A stretch of DNA of 64,000 bases from Macrostomum lignano (taxonomy: Eukaryota). The DNA is taken from assembly GCA_002269645.1 (NCBI GenBank), contig NIVC01002328.1, positions 60,923-124,922 of the forward strand. The letters run 5' to 3'. Below the pieces are notes generated by a model. That model worked only from the letters and a program-made list of their open reading frames with translations. It was not told the origin of the DNA and ran no database searches. This document shows, in pieces, positions 1-11,716 of this stretch. The stretch's first letter is position 1. Each line of letters starts with the position of its first letter. Made by a program: the position numbers and the translations under genes.

Positions 1-1522
1 TGCCATAACTGATGTTGGAGTCTGTCTGTCATAATGATGGAGTCTGTCTGTCATAATGATGGAGTCTGTCTGTCATAATGATGGAGTCTGTCTGTCATAA
101 TGATGGAGTCTGTCTGTCATAATGATGGAGTCTGTCTGTCATAATGATGGAGTCTGTCTGTCAAATGATGTTGGAGTCTGTTTGTCATAACTGATGTTGG
201 AGTCTGTCATAACTGATGTTGGAGTTTGTCATAACTGATGTTGGAGTTTGTCTGTCATAAATGATGTTGGAGTCTGTCTGTCATAACTGATGTTGGAGTC
301 TGTCTGTCATAACTGATGTTGGAGCCTGTCTGTCATAATGATGGAGTCTGTCATAATGATGGAGTCTGTCTGTCATAATGATGGAGTCTGTCTGTCATAA
401 TGATGGAGTCTGTCTGTCAAATGATGTTGGAGTCTGTCTGTCATAAATGATGTTGGAGTCTGTCATAACTGATGTTGGAGTCTGTCTGTCATAACTGATG
501 TTGGAGTTTGTCATAACTGATGTTGGAGTTTGTCTGTCATAAATGATGTTGGAGTCTGTCTGTCATAACTGATGTTGGAGTCTGTCTGTCATAATGATGG
601 AGTCTGTCTGTCATAATGATGGAGTCTGTCTGTCATAATGATGAAGTCTGTCTGTCAAATGATGTTGGAGTCTGTCTGTCATTAATGATGTTGGAGTCTG
701 TCATAACTGATGTTGGAGTCTGTCATAACTGATGTTGGAGTTTGTCATAACTGATGTTGGAGTCTGTCATAACTGATGTTGGAGTCTGTCATAACTGATG
801 TTGGAGTTTGTCTGTCATAAATGATGTTGGAGTCTGTTTGTCATAAATGATGTTGGAGTCTGTCTGTCATAAATGATGTTGGAGTCTGTCTGTCATAACT
901 GATGTTGGAGTCTGTCATAACTGATGTTGGAGTTTGTCTGTCATAACTGATGTTGAAGTTTGTCTGTCATAAATGATGTTGGAGTCTGTCTGTCATAAAT
1001 GATGTTGGAGTTTGTCATAAATGATGTTGGAGTCTGTCATAAATGATTTTAAAGTGTGTCTGTCATAAATGATGCTGGAGTTTGTCTGTCATAAATGATG
1101 TTGGAGTCTGTCTGTCATAAATGATGTTGGAGTTTGTCATAAATGATGTTAAAGTGTGTCTGTCATAAATGATGTTGGAGTTTGTCATAAATGATGTTAA
1201 AGTGTGTCAGTCATAACTGATGTTGGAGTTTGTCTGTCATAAATGATGTTGGAGTCTGTCTGTCATAAATGATGTTGGAGTTTGTCATAAATGATGTTAA
1301 AGTGTGTCTGTCATAAATGATGTTGGAGTCTGTCATAAATGATGTTAAAGTGTGTCTGTCATAAATGATGTTGGAGTCTGTCTGTCATAAATGATGTTGG
1401 AGTCTGTCATAAATGATGTTGAAGTCTGTCATAAATGATTTTAAAGTGTGTCTGTCATAAATGATGCTGGAGTCTGTCTGTCATAAATGATGTTGAAGTC
1501 TGTCATAAATGATGTTGGAGTC
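1..1522. repeat. Intronic minisatellite, 22-26 bp variable unit
   Basis: TGTCATAACTGATGTTGGAGTC(TGTC) variants throughout. Confidence 0.95.
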
Positions 1523-1621
1523 TATTAATTAATGATTATGTCTGAGAGTGGTCGGTTAGTCAATCGAAATCAATGAAACAGTTTTCATTTGACAATCACG
1601 AACCCGTCTTCTGCCGCACAG

Positions 1622-3195
1622 GTTTACCTGTACTCAGCCGTCACCCCGACTCCATTTGTGCCGTTTGCAATTCGCCGCCTCGGCGCCGCAGCCGGCGTTA
1701 TGGTAACGGCGTCACACAATCCCAAGGAGGATAATGGCTACAAGGTCTACTGGGACAACGGCGCCCAGATTAAGTCGCCCACGATCGCGGAATTGCTGAC
1801 GCTATTATAGCGAATCTGAAGCCTTGGGAGTTCTCCTACGACTTTGATGATGTGAGTAGCTGATAGTATTTTCAGTTATTTCATTATAGGAATTCTCGTA
1901 ATATTTCATCAGCCTTCTTGTGTACGATGGAGCAATAAAAGCAGTCATTAGCTGTTTGATTGGGCAATAAAAACAGCCATTATCTACCTGTTTGATGGGG
2001 CAATAAAAACAGCTATTATCTACCTGTGTATGATGAGGTAAAGAAAGTATCTTTTATCTACCTGTGTATGATGAGGTAAAGAAAGTATCTTTTATCTACC
2101 TGTGTATGATAAGACAATAAAAGCAAGCCATTATCTACCTGTGTATGATGAGGCAATAAAAACAGCCCTTATCTACCTGTGTATGATAAGACAATAAAAG
2201 CAAGCCATTATCTACCTGTGTATGATAAGACAATAAAAGCAAGCCATTAACTACCTGCGTATGATAAGACAATAAAAGCAAGCCATTATCTACCTGTGTA
2301 TGATAAGACAATAAAAGCAAGCCATTAACTACCTGCGTATGATGAGGCAATAAAAACAGCCATTATCTACCTGTGTATGATGAAACAATAAAAACAGCCA
2401 TTATCTACCTGTGTATGATAAGACAATAAAAACAGCCCTTGTCTACCTGTGTATGATGAGACAATAAAAACAGCCATTATCTAGCTGTGTATGATGAGGC
2501 AATAAAAACAGCCCTTGTCTACCTGTGTATGATGAGACAATAAATGCATCCTTATCTACCTGGCAGCTGAAGCACGACGGCGATCAGGTGGTGGATCCGC
2601 TTGCTGAGATGCAGGCCGCCTACTACGAGGCCCAGACTGAGCAGCTGCGCTACAATGGCACCCAGGCCAACTCGGCCTGCCCTGTCCGGGTTGTGTACAC
2701 AGCTATGCACGGAGTCGGCACTCGCTACGTCACCAGCCTGATGTCCAGTTTTGGTTTCCCAGACAATTTCCTTATTTCCGTGCCGGAACAGGCTTGGCCA
2801 GATCCCGAATTTCCTACGGTTCGATTCCCGAATCCCGAGGAGGGTCGCAGCTGCTTGGACTTGGCTTGCCGGCTAGCCGATAAGGAGGGCTGCCCGGTGA
2901 TTCTGGCCAACGATCCCGATGCCGACCGCCTGGCCGTGGCCGAGGTTGTCGACGCCGGGGCTAGCGCGCCCAGGTAGGCCCGCGGCTGCATCTAGTTTGA
3001 CACTTATTGATTGATTGACGAATCGATGGCTGGACAGATAAATAAATACACTGATATCCATTGGTTAACTGTACTAATTCAAAATTGCACATCAGTTTAT
3101 GATACATATTTAATATTGCAGACGAATAAGATTGATTGACAGGCAGGCAGACAGAGACAAAGAGACAGCTTGGCAGGCAGGCATGCAGCAGACAT

Positions 3196-3266
<71 letters not shown>

Positions 3267-3353
3267 GGCAGACAGACAGACAGACAGGCAGACAGACAGG
3301 CAGACAGACAGACAGACAGACAGGCAGACAGACAGACAGACATACAGACAGAC

Positions 3354-3410
<57 letters not shown>

Positions 3411-3537
3411 GGCAGACAGACAGGCAGACAGACAGGCAGACAGACAGACAGGCAGACAGACAGGCAGACAGACAGACAGACTGGCAGACAGACAGGCAGA
3501 CAGACAGACAGACAGGCAGGCAGACAGACAGACAGGC

Positions 3538-3571
<34 letters not shown>

Positions 3572-5001
3572 CTAACCCAGAAAGCGACTAAATCTTGCAG
3601 GCCCTGGCGCGTGTTCACCGGCAACGAGACGGCCGCCCTGCTGGGCTGGTGGTGCCTGACGTCATTCAAGCGGCGGCACCCGCAAATGCCAGCCGAATCG
3701 CAGCACATGCTGTTCAGCACGGTGTCATCTCGCATTCTGGCCGCCCTGGCCAGACGGGAAGGCGCCCAGGTGCACGAGACGCTCACCGGGTTTAAGTACA
3801 TGGGCAACGAGGCGCACAGGCTGCTGGGAGCCGGCCAGCAGGTTGTGTTCGCCTTCGAGGAGGCCATCGGTTTCATGTGCGGCTCCGCCGTGCTGGACAA
3901 AGACGGAGTCAGCGCCGCAGCCGTCTGCGCGGAGTTGGTGAGCTTTGTTTCTCTAAGTCTTTGTTAGGTTTTTGATGCATACAGATTTTCTGTGCTATCT
4001 CAAGATGATATTCAATAGGTCTCTGTATCTGAAGGTGTCATTTCATATATATATAATATTATCGTTTTGTTAGCTTAAGGTAAAATTTTGAAGTTTTGCT
4101 ATCTCACTGTGAGATTTTGGAGTTTTGCTATCTCAGTGTAAGATTTTAGAGTTTTTTATCTTGGAGTGAGATCTGATAGGTTTGTCATCTCAAGGTAAGA
4201 TTTCATAGTCTTCTGCTAGATCTCATGCTGAGGTTTCATAAGCTTCTGCTAGATTTCATGCTGAGATTTCATAATCTTCTGCTATATCTCATGCTGAGAT
4301 TTCATAATCTTCTGTTATAACTCATGCTGAGATTTCATAAGCTTCTGCTAGATCTCATGCTGAGATTTCATGCTGAGATTAAGAATTCATGAGGCTACCT
4401 CACAGAGAAGAATTCGATGATTAAAAACCAGCTCAGCACTAAAAGCCCAGAGCTTCATTCGGCCATCCGCCAACTGCAGGTAAATCGAGTCTACTCGGAG
4501 GGCAAAACCCTGGCGGCAAAGCTGGCCGAAATCTACGCCGAATACGGCTGGCACGTGACCAACAATGGCTATTTCTTTGCGCACGACCCAACGGAGACCA
4601 AGGCAATGTTTGCCGCTATGCGGGACCCGGCCTACCCTACCCAGCTGCCTGGCATTGATCACGCCGATCCGCCCAAAGCCTACGATGTACTTTCTGTACG
4701 CGACGTGTCGCTCGGTTTCGATTCCGGCCAACCGGACAGGCGCTGCGTTTTCCCGGCAAGCTCTGGCGGCGAGATGCTCACCCTGGTCTGCCGGCCAGTT
4801 GGCGTCACCGACGGTGCAACGGCCACGGTGACTCTGCGTACTAGCGGCACAGAGCCGAAGCTCAAATGGTACTCGGAGATTGTCGGCTCCCCTGGCTGCG
4901 GTCCGGAGCCGCTGAGGCACCAGTTGGATCATCTCATTCGCTGTGTGCATCAGCACCTGGTGCGGCCGGAGCTGCACGGATTCAAACGGATGGACCAGTA
5001 G
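1622..5001 (+). CDS. PGM2: Phosphoglucomutase-2 / phosphopentomutase, 3' four exons (5' exons lie before the window)
   Basis: Hand-spliced exons 1622-1851, 2567-2973, 3601-3937 and 4480-5001, all GT-AG with compatible phases. Motifs TASHNP (catalytic Ser), DPDADR (metal binding), FEEAIG (sugar binding) and RTSGTEPK. One apparent 1-nt deletion at the C run 1778-1780 (SP-HD). Confidence 0.93.
1945..2562. repeat. Intronic minisatellite, 37-39 bp
   Basis: TATCTACCTGTGTATGATAAGACAATAAAAGCAAGCCAT variants. Confidence 0.95.
3135..3570. repeat. (GACA)n/(GGCA) microsatellite
   Basis: Read directly. Source of the spurious QTDR and SVCL ORFs. Confidence 0.97.
4090..4380. repeat. Degenerate repeat of about 33 bp with internal palindrome ATCTCATGCTGAGAT
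   Basis: About 5 clear units at 4205-4380. Confidence 0.75.
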
Positions 5002-5069
5002 GGAGAGGGGATAGGTTAGTATGTATTTGACTGTCGGCTTATGTGCCTAATTGTGAAGGCTACTGAATG

Positions 5070-5606
5070 TAACAGGTGTGGTCAAATCCCCTGTGTAACA
5101 GGTGTGTCAAATCCCCTGTGTAACAGGTGTGTCAAATCCCCTGTGTAACAGGTGTGTCAAATCCCCTGTGTAACAGGTGTGTCAAATCCCCTGTGTAACA
5201 GGTGTGTCAAATCCCCTGTGTAACAGGTGTGTCAAATCCCCTGTGTAACAGGTGTGTCAAATCCCCTGTGTAACAGGTGTGTCAAATCCCCTGTGTAACA
5301 GCTGTGTCAAATCCCCTGTGTAACAGGTGTGTCAAATCCCCTGTGTAACAGGTGTGTCAAATCCCCTGTGTAACAGGTGTGGTCAAATCCCCTGTGTAAC
5401 AGGTGTGTCAAATCCCCTGTGTAACAGTTGTGTCAAATCCCCTGTGTAACAGTTGTGATCAAATCCCCTGTGTAACAGGTGTGTCAAATCCCCTGTGTAA
5501 CAGTTGTGTCAAATCCCCTGTGTAACAGTTGTGATCAAATCCCCTGTGTAACAGTTGTGTCAAATCCCCTGTGTAACAGGTGTGTCAAATCCCCTGTGTA
5601 ACAGGT
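5070..5606. repeat. 25-bp minisatellite downstream of PGM2
   Basis: GTGTCAAATCCCCTGTGTAACAGGT, about 21 copies. Confidence 0.97.
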
Positions 5607-6396
5607 GCTTGCCTCTAAATACCTATCTATGAACAAGACGAGCGAGTTGCAGTGACATGTTTTGGAATTAAAAACTATATGCAATAACAATAATAATGAC
5701 TCGGAAGTGAATTAGCTACTTCTCTGGGATAAAAGTTGCTGTTACTTGTATTATTTTCTATAAATCATGGCGCTTACTTTCATTATCAAATTTCCAACTA
5801 AGAAGTCTGCTTCATTAACATTTTTTTACATTTTCTTCGTCTATTGCTTGATCTGAGATTTCATCTATTAGAGATTGTAATTGATTTTTTGATCAGGTAG
5901 GTAATTAGGTATTTTTGATTGCTTCAATTTTTTACTCATAATACGATAAATTCGATTTTACTTCGATCATTTGTCTTTACGCTCCATCGTGTCAATTCAA
6001 ACTATTGGCATTATTATAAATAATAAATACACTGATTATTGCATTATTCATTCATGCTACACTAAACAGTTGACTAAGTAAGCGTCTATGGTTCAGCTTA
6101 CAAACTTTGTGAAACTCGGCAATACACACGGTTAATTTAAGCTATAGTTAATTTTGAAAAGATCTGAGCCATCGAGAGAAGATAAACTAAGAGCCACTAA
6201 AAATATAGCACATAAGTCAGCTGGAAGACAAGTCAACAATTCAATGTACATCTCGTTGAATCAGCAGTGCTACTCGGAGAAAGATCTAGAGCGACTGTCA
6301 AGGTTAAAGTTGATTTTCTATTTAATACTTTTCAGTTCTGAAGGAGTGAAGCCTTTTCAAGATTAACTTCTCCTTTGGTGTCCTTTTAAGTCCCTC

Positions 6397-6867
6397 ACTG
6401 GGCACCGGGAACCTCTCCATTTGGTAGTCGTAGTACACTGGGCACCGTGAACCTCTCCAATCGGTAGTTCACTGGGCACCGTGAACCTCTCCAATCGGTA
6501 GTTCACTGGGCACCGTGAACCTCTCCAATCGGTAGTTCACTGGGCACTGGGAACCTCTCCAATCGGTAGTTCACTGGGCACCGTGAACCTCTCCAATCGG
6601 TAGTTCACTGGGCACCGTGAACCTCTCCAATCGGTAGTTCACTGGGCACCGTGAACCTCTCCAATCGGTAGTTCACTGGGCACCGTGAACCTCTCCAATC
6701 GGTAGTTCACTGGGCACTGGGAACCTCTCCAATCGGTAGTTCACTAGGCACCGTGAACCTCTCCAATCGGTAGTTCACTGGGCACTGGGAACCTCTCCAA
6801 TCGGTAGTTCACTGGGCACTGGGAACCTCTCCAATCGGTAGTACACTGGGCACCGTGAACCTCTCCA
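6397..6867. repeat. 34-bp minisatellite
   Basis: ACTGGGCACCGTGAACCTCTCCAATCGGTAGTTC, about 14 copies. Confidence 0.97.
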
Positions 6868-7234
6868 TCTACATGTAGTTTTCCATACTGATAGATTCTG
6901 ATTCAGAGGAAGCTGAAGTTCGAGTACTAGGATGAAGGCGCTTGCGATGCCCAAGTGAAATACCTAATGGAGTCATGCCTAAAAATGAAACTTGTGTGGG
7001 CACCGCCAATTCCTCTTTCAACTGATACTGCCGCGTACATATTTCACTGGTGTACAATTAACGGTAAAGTAAAATTTTAACCTTGAATTTGAACTCGTGA
7101 ACTCACCACTAATCTTCAGGCCTCAAGCCAGCTGGCAGCAGCGGTTTATCCAGCTGCAGAGCGGCGACAATCAGAATGCCATCTGCTGCGGCGGCAAGGC
7201 CGTGGAGCAGAGCTGCAGCATCTCGACCGACCCG

Positions 7235-9775
7235 ATGCACGGTACGGTGCCACTGCAGCTGCTTCCGCCAACCGGTGGCATCGACAAGCTAACCCAGATG
7301 CGCCTAATCAGCGAGGACCCGGAGGTGCGCAAGGTTCGCTTAACAAGCGGCGTCAAGTGCAAGAGCCTGTTGAACGACGCGCTGGCCGAGCCGCTGCCGC
7401 CGAGGATTCGCCGGCCGGGCGAAGGCAAATTGCATTCGCGGAGAAAGTCGGAAAGAAAGCTGATTAAAACATGGCAACCGCCGTTGAACCGCACGAAGAA
7501 GCAGAAGGACCTTGACAAGAGCCTGGACCACTTGCCGTTCTTTGGCAGTTGTCGCTACGATAGAATGAAGTTACTGAAACAAGTTACGGAAGTGCGACCG
7601 CTGCGCGGCATGATCAACTACGGCCGGTACTACATAGAAAAGGACTGGAAGAACTACATTGACCCGCGCACGGACCCGGACACTCTGCTGAATTTGCTAG
7701 TGCTGGACAGTCGAAAGCGGAGAAAGTTTCGATCAAGCGGGCCAGTGTATCGCATTGTTGAGCTGTTCATGGAGAAGGTGTTCGACTGGAGTTTATCGAA
7801 GGAGATGCTGGACAGAAATGTGTCGTCAAAGAAATCGAGCATCGCGCTGCTCTGGCTGGGACCCTGTCTGGCTAAGAAGATGCTCAACGAGCTCTGCATA
7901 GTCAACGACCCGAGCAGGTCCTACATGCTAGCCGGCACTCGGTCCGTTGACGAAGATTTCTACTTGATCAATCGACTAGCCATTGACGTCTTCTTCAGCG
8001 ATAAGGAGGCTTTCTACTACATGCTGAAGGGCTACGTACTCAGCCCGTCTCTCACCTGCAAGACCCAGCCTAGTGAGATGCGATTTTGTGGCGACAACGC
8101 CAACGTATCGTGCTTAGATCTCGAAGCGAATCGCTCCGTAACCAGGCGAATTTGCGTCCACCAGAACTTGTCGCTTTCTCTGAAGCCTTGCTTGGTGCCG
8201 AACTGTCCTAACTATAAGCTTCCTGTGTGCGAGCACCTGTACGCATTCATACCGGAGACTATTACTATCAACTCTTACGTCTCTATGTTGCACTTTATTG
8301 AACGCTTCCACCGTGTCGAAGATCTAAAAGGTACCATCTTCATCACTAAGCCTGCTTATCTTTGCAACGGTCGCGGTATCAACTTCCTAGTTGATGTCAA
8401 ACAGTTTGAGTGCTTCTATCACATGCTGGATGGAAAATCAACCAGCAGGCACGGCGTTATACTGCAGCGGTACATCGAGTGCCCAAGACTGTTTGACCAC
8501 AGCAAATTCACTATTCGATTCTTCCTACTGATTATCGTGCTGCCAAGGCGCCGCGTCATCGGTTTTATTCATTACGGATTGGCCATATTCTGCCTTTTGC
8601 CCTACCAGCAGGTCAGTCAGTTTATTTTTCCAGCTGGCCTCCTCGGCTAGCGTTTGATTTTTCTATCGAGCCGAGCCATTTTAAACTTACTTTTCAGGCT
8701 GTTTTAGTGTCATACCTTCCATGCCTTATGGTTGCTTCAGCGACTTGGCTTCCATGCTTTGCATATTGTTTTATTCACGTGGCTTTCATGCCTTGTAGGT
8801 TGTTTCAATCACGTGGCTTCCATACTTTGGCGAGCAGTCCGTTTTGCAGATTTATAAAGTTATTCGAAGGCGCTTACTCGTAGCACCCATTTGTGTGATT
8901 TAATTTTCATTTCAAACAATCAGGTGAATCGCGAGGACTTCCCGCCCGAGGAGGAGGCGCTGGAGGGCAAAGAGCCGAACCTGAAAATCCCGATCGCCAA
9001 CCGGACTGTCGGACGCGTCCTGACCGAGCGGTTTAGCCGACAATCGCATTTGTCGAACTATCGCGACCCGAACGTCCTGACTATGATCAAGGAAGAAATT
9101 AAATATGGCCGGGCATCCATGATGGAGATGGACGAAGACAATGTTTTCTACATTGAGGATGTCCTGCCAGCTAAATGCCTGAACTCCAAGTCTATTTACA
9201 TACAGATGCTGTTCGCCTCCCAGTGCATCATGGACTACATGCAGCCGGTTGTTCAAGACTATCCCGGAACGTTCCAGACTGTGTCCATTGACTCGCTGGT
9301 TGACGCGCGCAACAAACTGTGGATTCTAGAGGCTGGCACAAAGATCTTCTCCGGACTGTTGACCGTGGCACCCAGGCAGCGGCAAATAATGTCCAGCATC
9401 ATTCAGGAGTCTTTAGGCATCACAGTGGAGTGCTTCTACAAGAGCCTAATGGGCCTGCCGCTCTACTGGGACTACAACAATGCTTGCGAAGATTACGACG
9501 CTTTCTACTTCGCCCAGGACTTCAACTTTTTCTACGAGACCGACGTCAATAAGCAGACTAGCGAGCCCGAGGTGCAGAGGCAGCTCAGAGCGCCGAGGCT
9601 GCCGCCGCCGCCGCCGCCAGGCAAGAAACTGGAGGATCGATACCGCGAAGTCGACGACATGCGACAGCTGGCGCGCCGTCGAAAGCTGGAGAATGCCCGG
9701 CGCAAACGGGAAGTTGTTGCCCAGAGGCTGGCCTACATCAACCGGCTGAAGCAGAAGACTTCAGAGGAGTCTTAG
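7235..9775 (+). CDS. Divergent tubulin-tyrosine-ligase-like protein (TTLL, most like the TTLL10/glycylase group), about 742 aa
   Basis: Exons 7235-8611 (CAG|gtcagt) and 8924-9775 (aatcag|GTG). TTL-domain motifs ITKPAYLCNGRGI, LQRYIECP, KFTIR, HLSN, SIDSLVD and WILEAG. Start is uncertain: 7235 is the first in-frame ATG after a probable 56-nt intron at 7064-7119. Confidence 0.8.
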
Positions 9776-10322
9776 ATGGGATCCCTGCATTTGGCTCATT
9801 GCTGGTTTTTTCTTTCTATAAGTTGCAATAATTTCTTTACAATGACATTTCACAATCTGGACAGACGGTCGGTCTTAACACTTATTGTATTTGTACGAAT
9901 TTGCCAGAGCGGTTTTTTAATACTTTTTAAATAATCGGCGTCATCGGTATACTTTCGTAAATACAAATTTGTCTAATCGTTAACTTTTGACTCTTATTTT
10001 TCTGGATACGGCAGACTATACAATGGATGGCTGTTAGCAGTAGAGCTAATGGGTTCCATTGTCTGCATCTGTTGCTTAAATTAGCCTACTGAGCAACGCT
10101 AATGTACAGACAAAGTACCGGTTTTCCATGGAATTCTCCGCGGAAAAACCTGTAGCTAAAATTAACTATTACGCAGAGAATTCATTCGATGAGTTTTCAA
10201 ATGAAAATATTTAATTTTTAGAACTCGATAATCTCTTGATAAATCGGTGAAAATATCTCGGTGAATATTTATTTATTTTCTCGGTGAAAATATTTTTTAT
10301 ACATTTTTATGATAAGTATTTA

Positions 10323-10958
10323 TTACGAGCGCTCGGAGATCTCATTGTGAGGTACAAAAGCCGGTGAAAAATGTTGGATACGATCATTGTCACCGTCTTC
10401 TGGCTCAGAATCTGATGCCGACTCTCCCAGATGGCGCTCCGATTCATCGTTCTCCTGCAAAGCATTGCTGAACTCCAGTTGCGCTGTAGCTTTAGCACTG
10501 CTGTCTCTGTCAAGTAGTGGAGGTTGGACTCCTTCGGTATTCCGCGAACGCTTTCTCCATAGCCATAGGCCAATGCATGCTATTATAAGCAAGGCGATTG
10601 AGCAGCCTAGGACAGTCAGTACAATGTGAAGCGGCGATACAGCGGTCTCCGGTTGAGCATAGCTTTGAAGCGGTAAGCTCGGCGTTCGAGTTATTCCCCG
10701 TTTGATATGGTCGACATTCGTAGCTCTGCAGTAGCCGCACTCGCGCTGTCGTTCACAGAAATCCCGGTAGAAGCCGCCAGAGATTCCAGTCTTCTGATAG
10801 TCGTAGCACTGCTCAGGGCACGGCTGGCAGAGTCCAATCTCTGTTAAATACTGTCCAGCATTGCAGATGATGTCTGTGTCAGTGTGGCACACTGGCTTTC
10901 CTAACACTATTGGATAGAAGAGAATGCAAAGAAGTGTGACTGCATAATAGCACGCCAT
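10323..10958 (-). CDS. Type I membrane protein with one TNFR-like cysteine-rich domain, 211 aa
   Basis: ATG at 10958. Signal peptide MACYYAVTLLCILFYPIVLG; 8 Cys including CNAGQY and CQPCPEQC; TM LHIVLTVLGCSIALLIIACIGLWLW followed by RKR; acidic tail. Single exon. Confidence 0.75.
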   Translation of the reverse strand: MACYYAVTLLCILFYPIVLGKPVCHTDTDIICNAGQYLTEIGLCQPCPEQCYDYQKTGISGGFYRDFCERQRECGYCRATNVDHIKRGITRTPSLPLQSYAQPETAVSPLHIVLTVLGCSIALLIIACIGLWLWRKRSRNTEGVQPPLLDRDSSAKATAQLEFSNALQENDESERHLGESASDSEPEDGDNDRIQHFSPAFVPHNEISERS

Positions 10959-11530
10959 GCTTCTACGAGATGTTAACACAGAGAGTCTTAAACGAAACAA
11001 TAAACGAGCAAGCCTAGAGGAGTCGGTTTTCTATGCAAGTCTCTCATTAAAACCTAATAGTTTGGCCGGTCCCCGGCACTCCCCAGTGTCTTCCACGGCA
11101 AGGCCGTGGATTTTCACCATCAACGAGATGACTGGTTAGAATTCTAGTTTTTTTACTGTTTTTTCTCCTTTTGTTTTTCTAGCACATTTTGTTTGGGCAC
11201 ATACACGGTGAGGCGAATGTCTGATACACTTCTGCAGACGATTCGAAAAGGTCTGGTACAACGTCTTTCGAACTTCTGAATGTATCTTCTGGGAAACTGT
11301 CTGGGAAAAATAATATCTTTGCAGACAAAAAATCTTTTTCACGATTTATCCAATGTCTGGTACACGAACTCAAAAAAAGAGTGATACACCGTTCAATCAA
11401 TGTACGGAAATGCCGGATGCACAATTTGTAGAGTTTTTTATTTCAACAGCATGTCGCCTAGCTGTCAACGCATTTTAAACACGATTTTTCGTGTCAAGAG
11501 AGTCAAGCTGGCAAGGCAAACCATATCAGA

Positions 11531-11716
11531 TCACTGCGTGAAGAACACAAAACACGAACAGGTGAAAATGACACTCAAACAGCAGGCAATGAGATAGCCG
11601 GCTCCCAGCGGACTCTCCGTGAGCAGCAGGACTGTGGAAGCAACAACGGAGCAGATTGCCAGTAGGAAGAGGATCACGGCTAGTAGGAAAGCAGTGGGGC
11701 TGCTGTGCCATGCCAT
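11531..11716 (-). CDS. Possible 61-aa two-helix membrane microprotein
   Basis: ATG in tccATGG context. Two hydrophobic stretches separated by TESP. GC content is higher than the flanks. No recognised homology. Confidence 0.4.
   Translation of the reverse strand: MAWHSSPTAFLLAVILFLLAICSVVASTVLLLTESPLGAGYLIACCLSVIFTCSCFVFFTQ

Noticed and set aside
3097-3591. Long QTDR/SVCL ORFs here and at 43318-44101 and 55082-56022
   Set aside because: Translations of tetranucleotide microsatellites lying inside introns with clear GT-AG boundaries.
4417-4479. N-terminal part of the 194-aa PGM2 ORF as coding
   Set aside because: The acceptor ctgcag at 4479 gives [14 protein letters not shown], matching the expected PGM2 spacing, so the upstream part is intronic.
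5070-6867. 25-bp and 34-bp repeats as CRISPR arrays
   Set aside because: Units are head-to-tail with no unique spacers, no cas genes are present, and the context is eukaryotic. The same applies to all other arrays.
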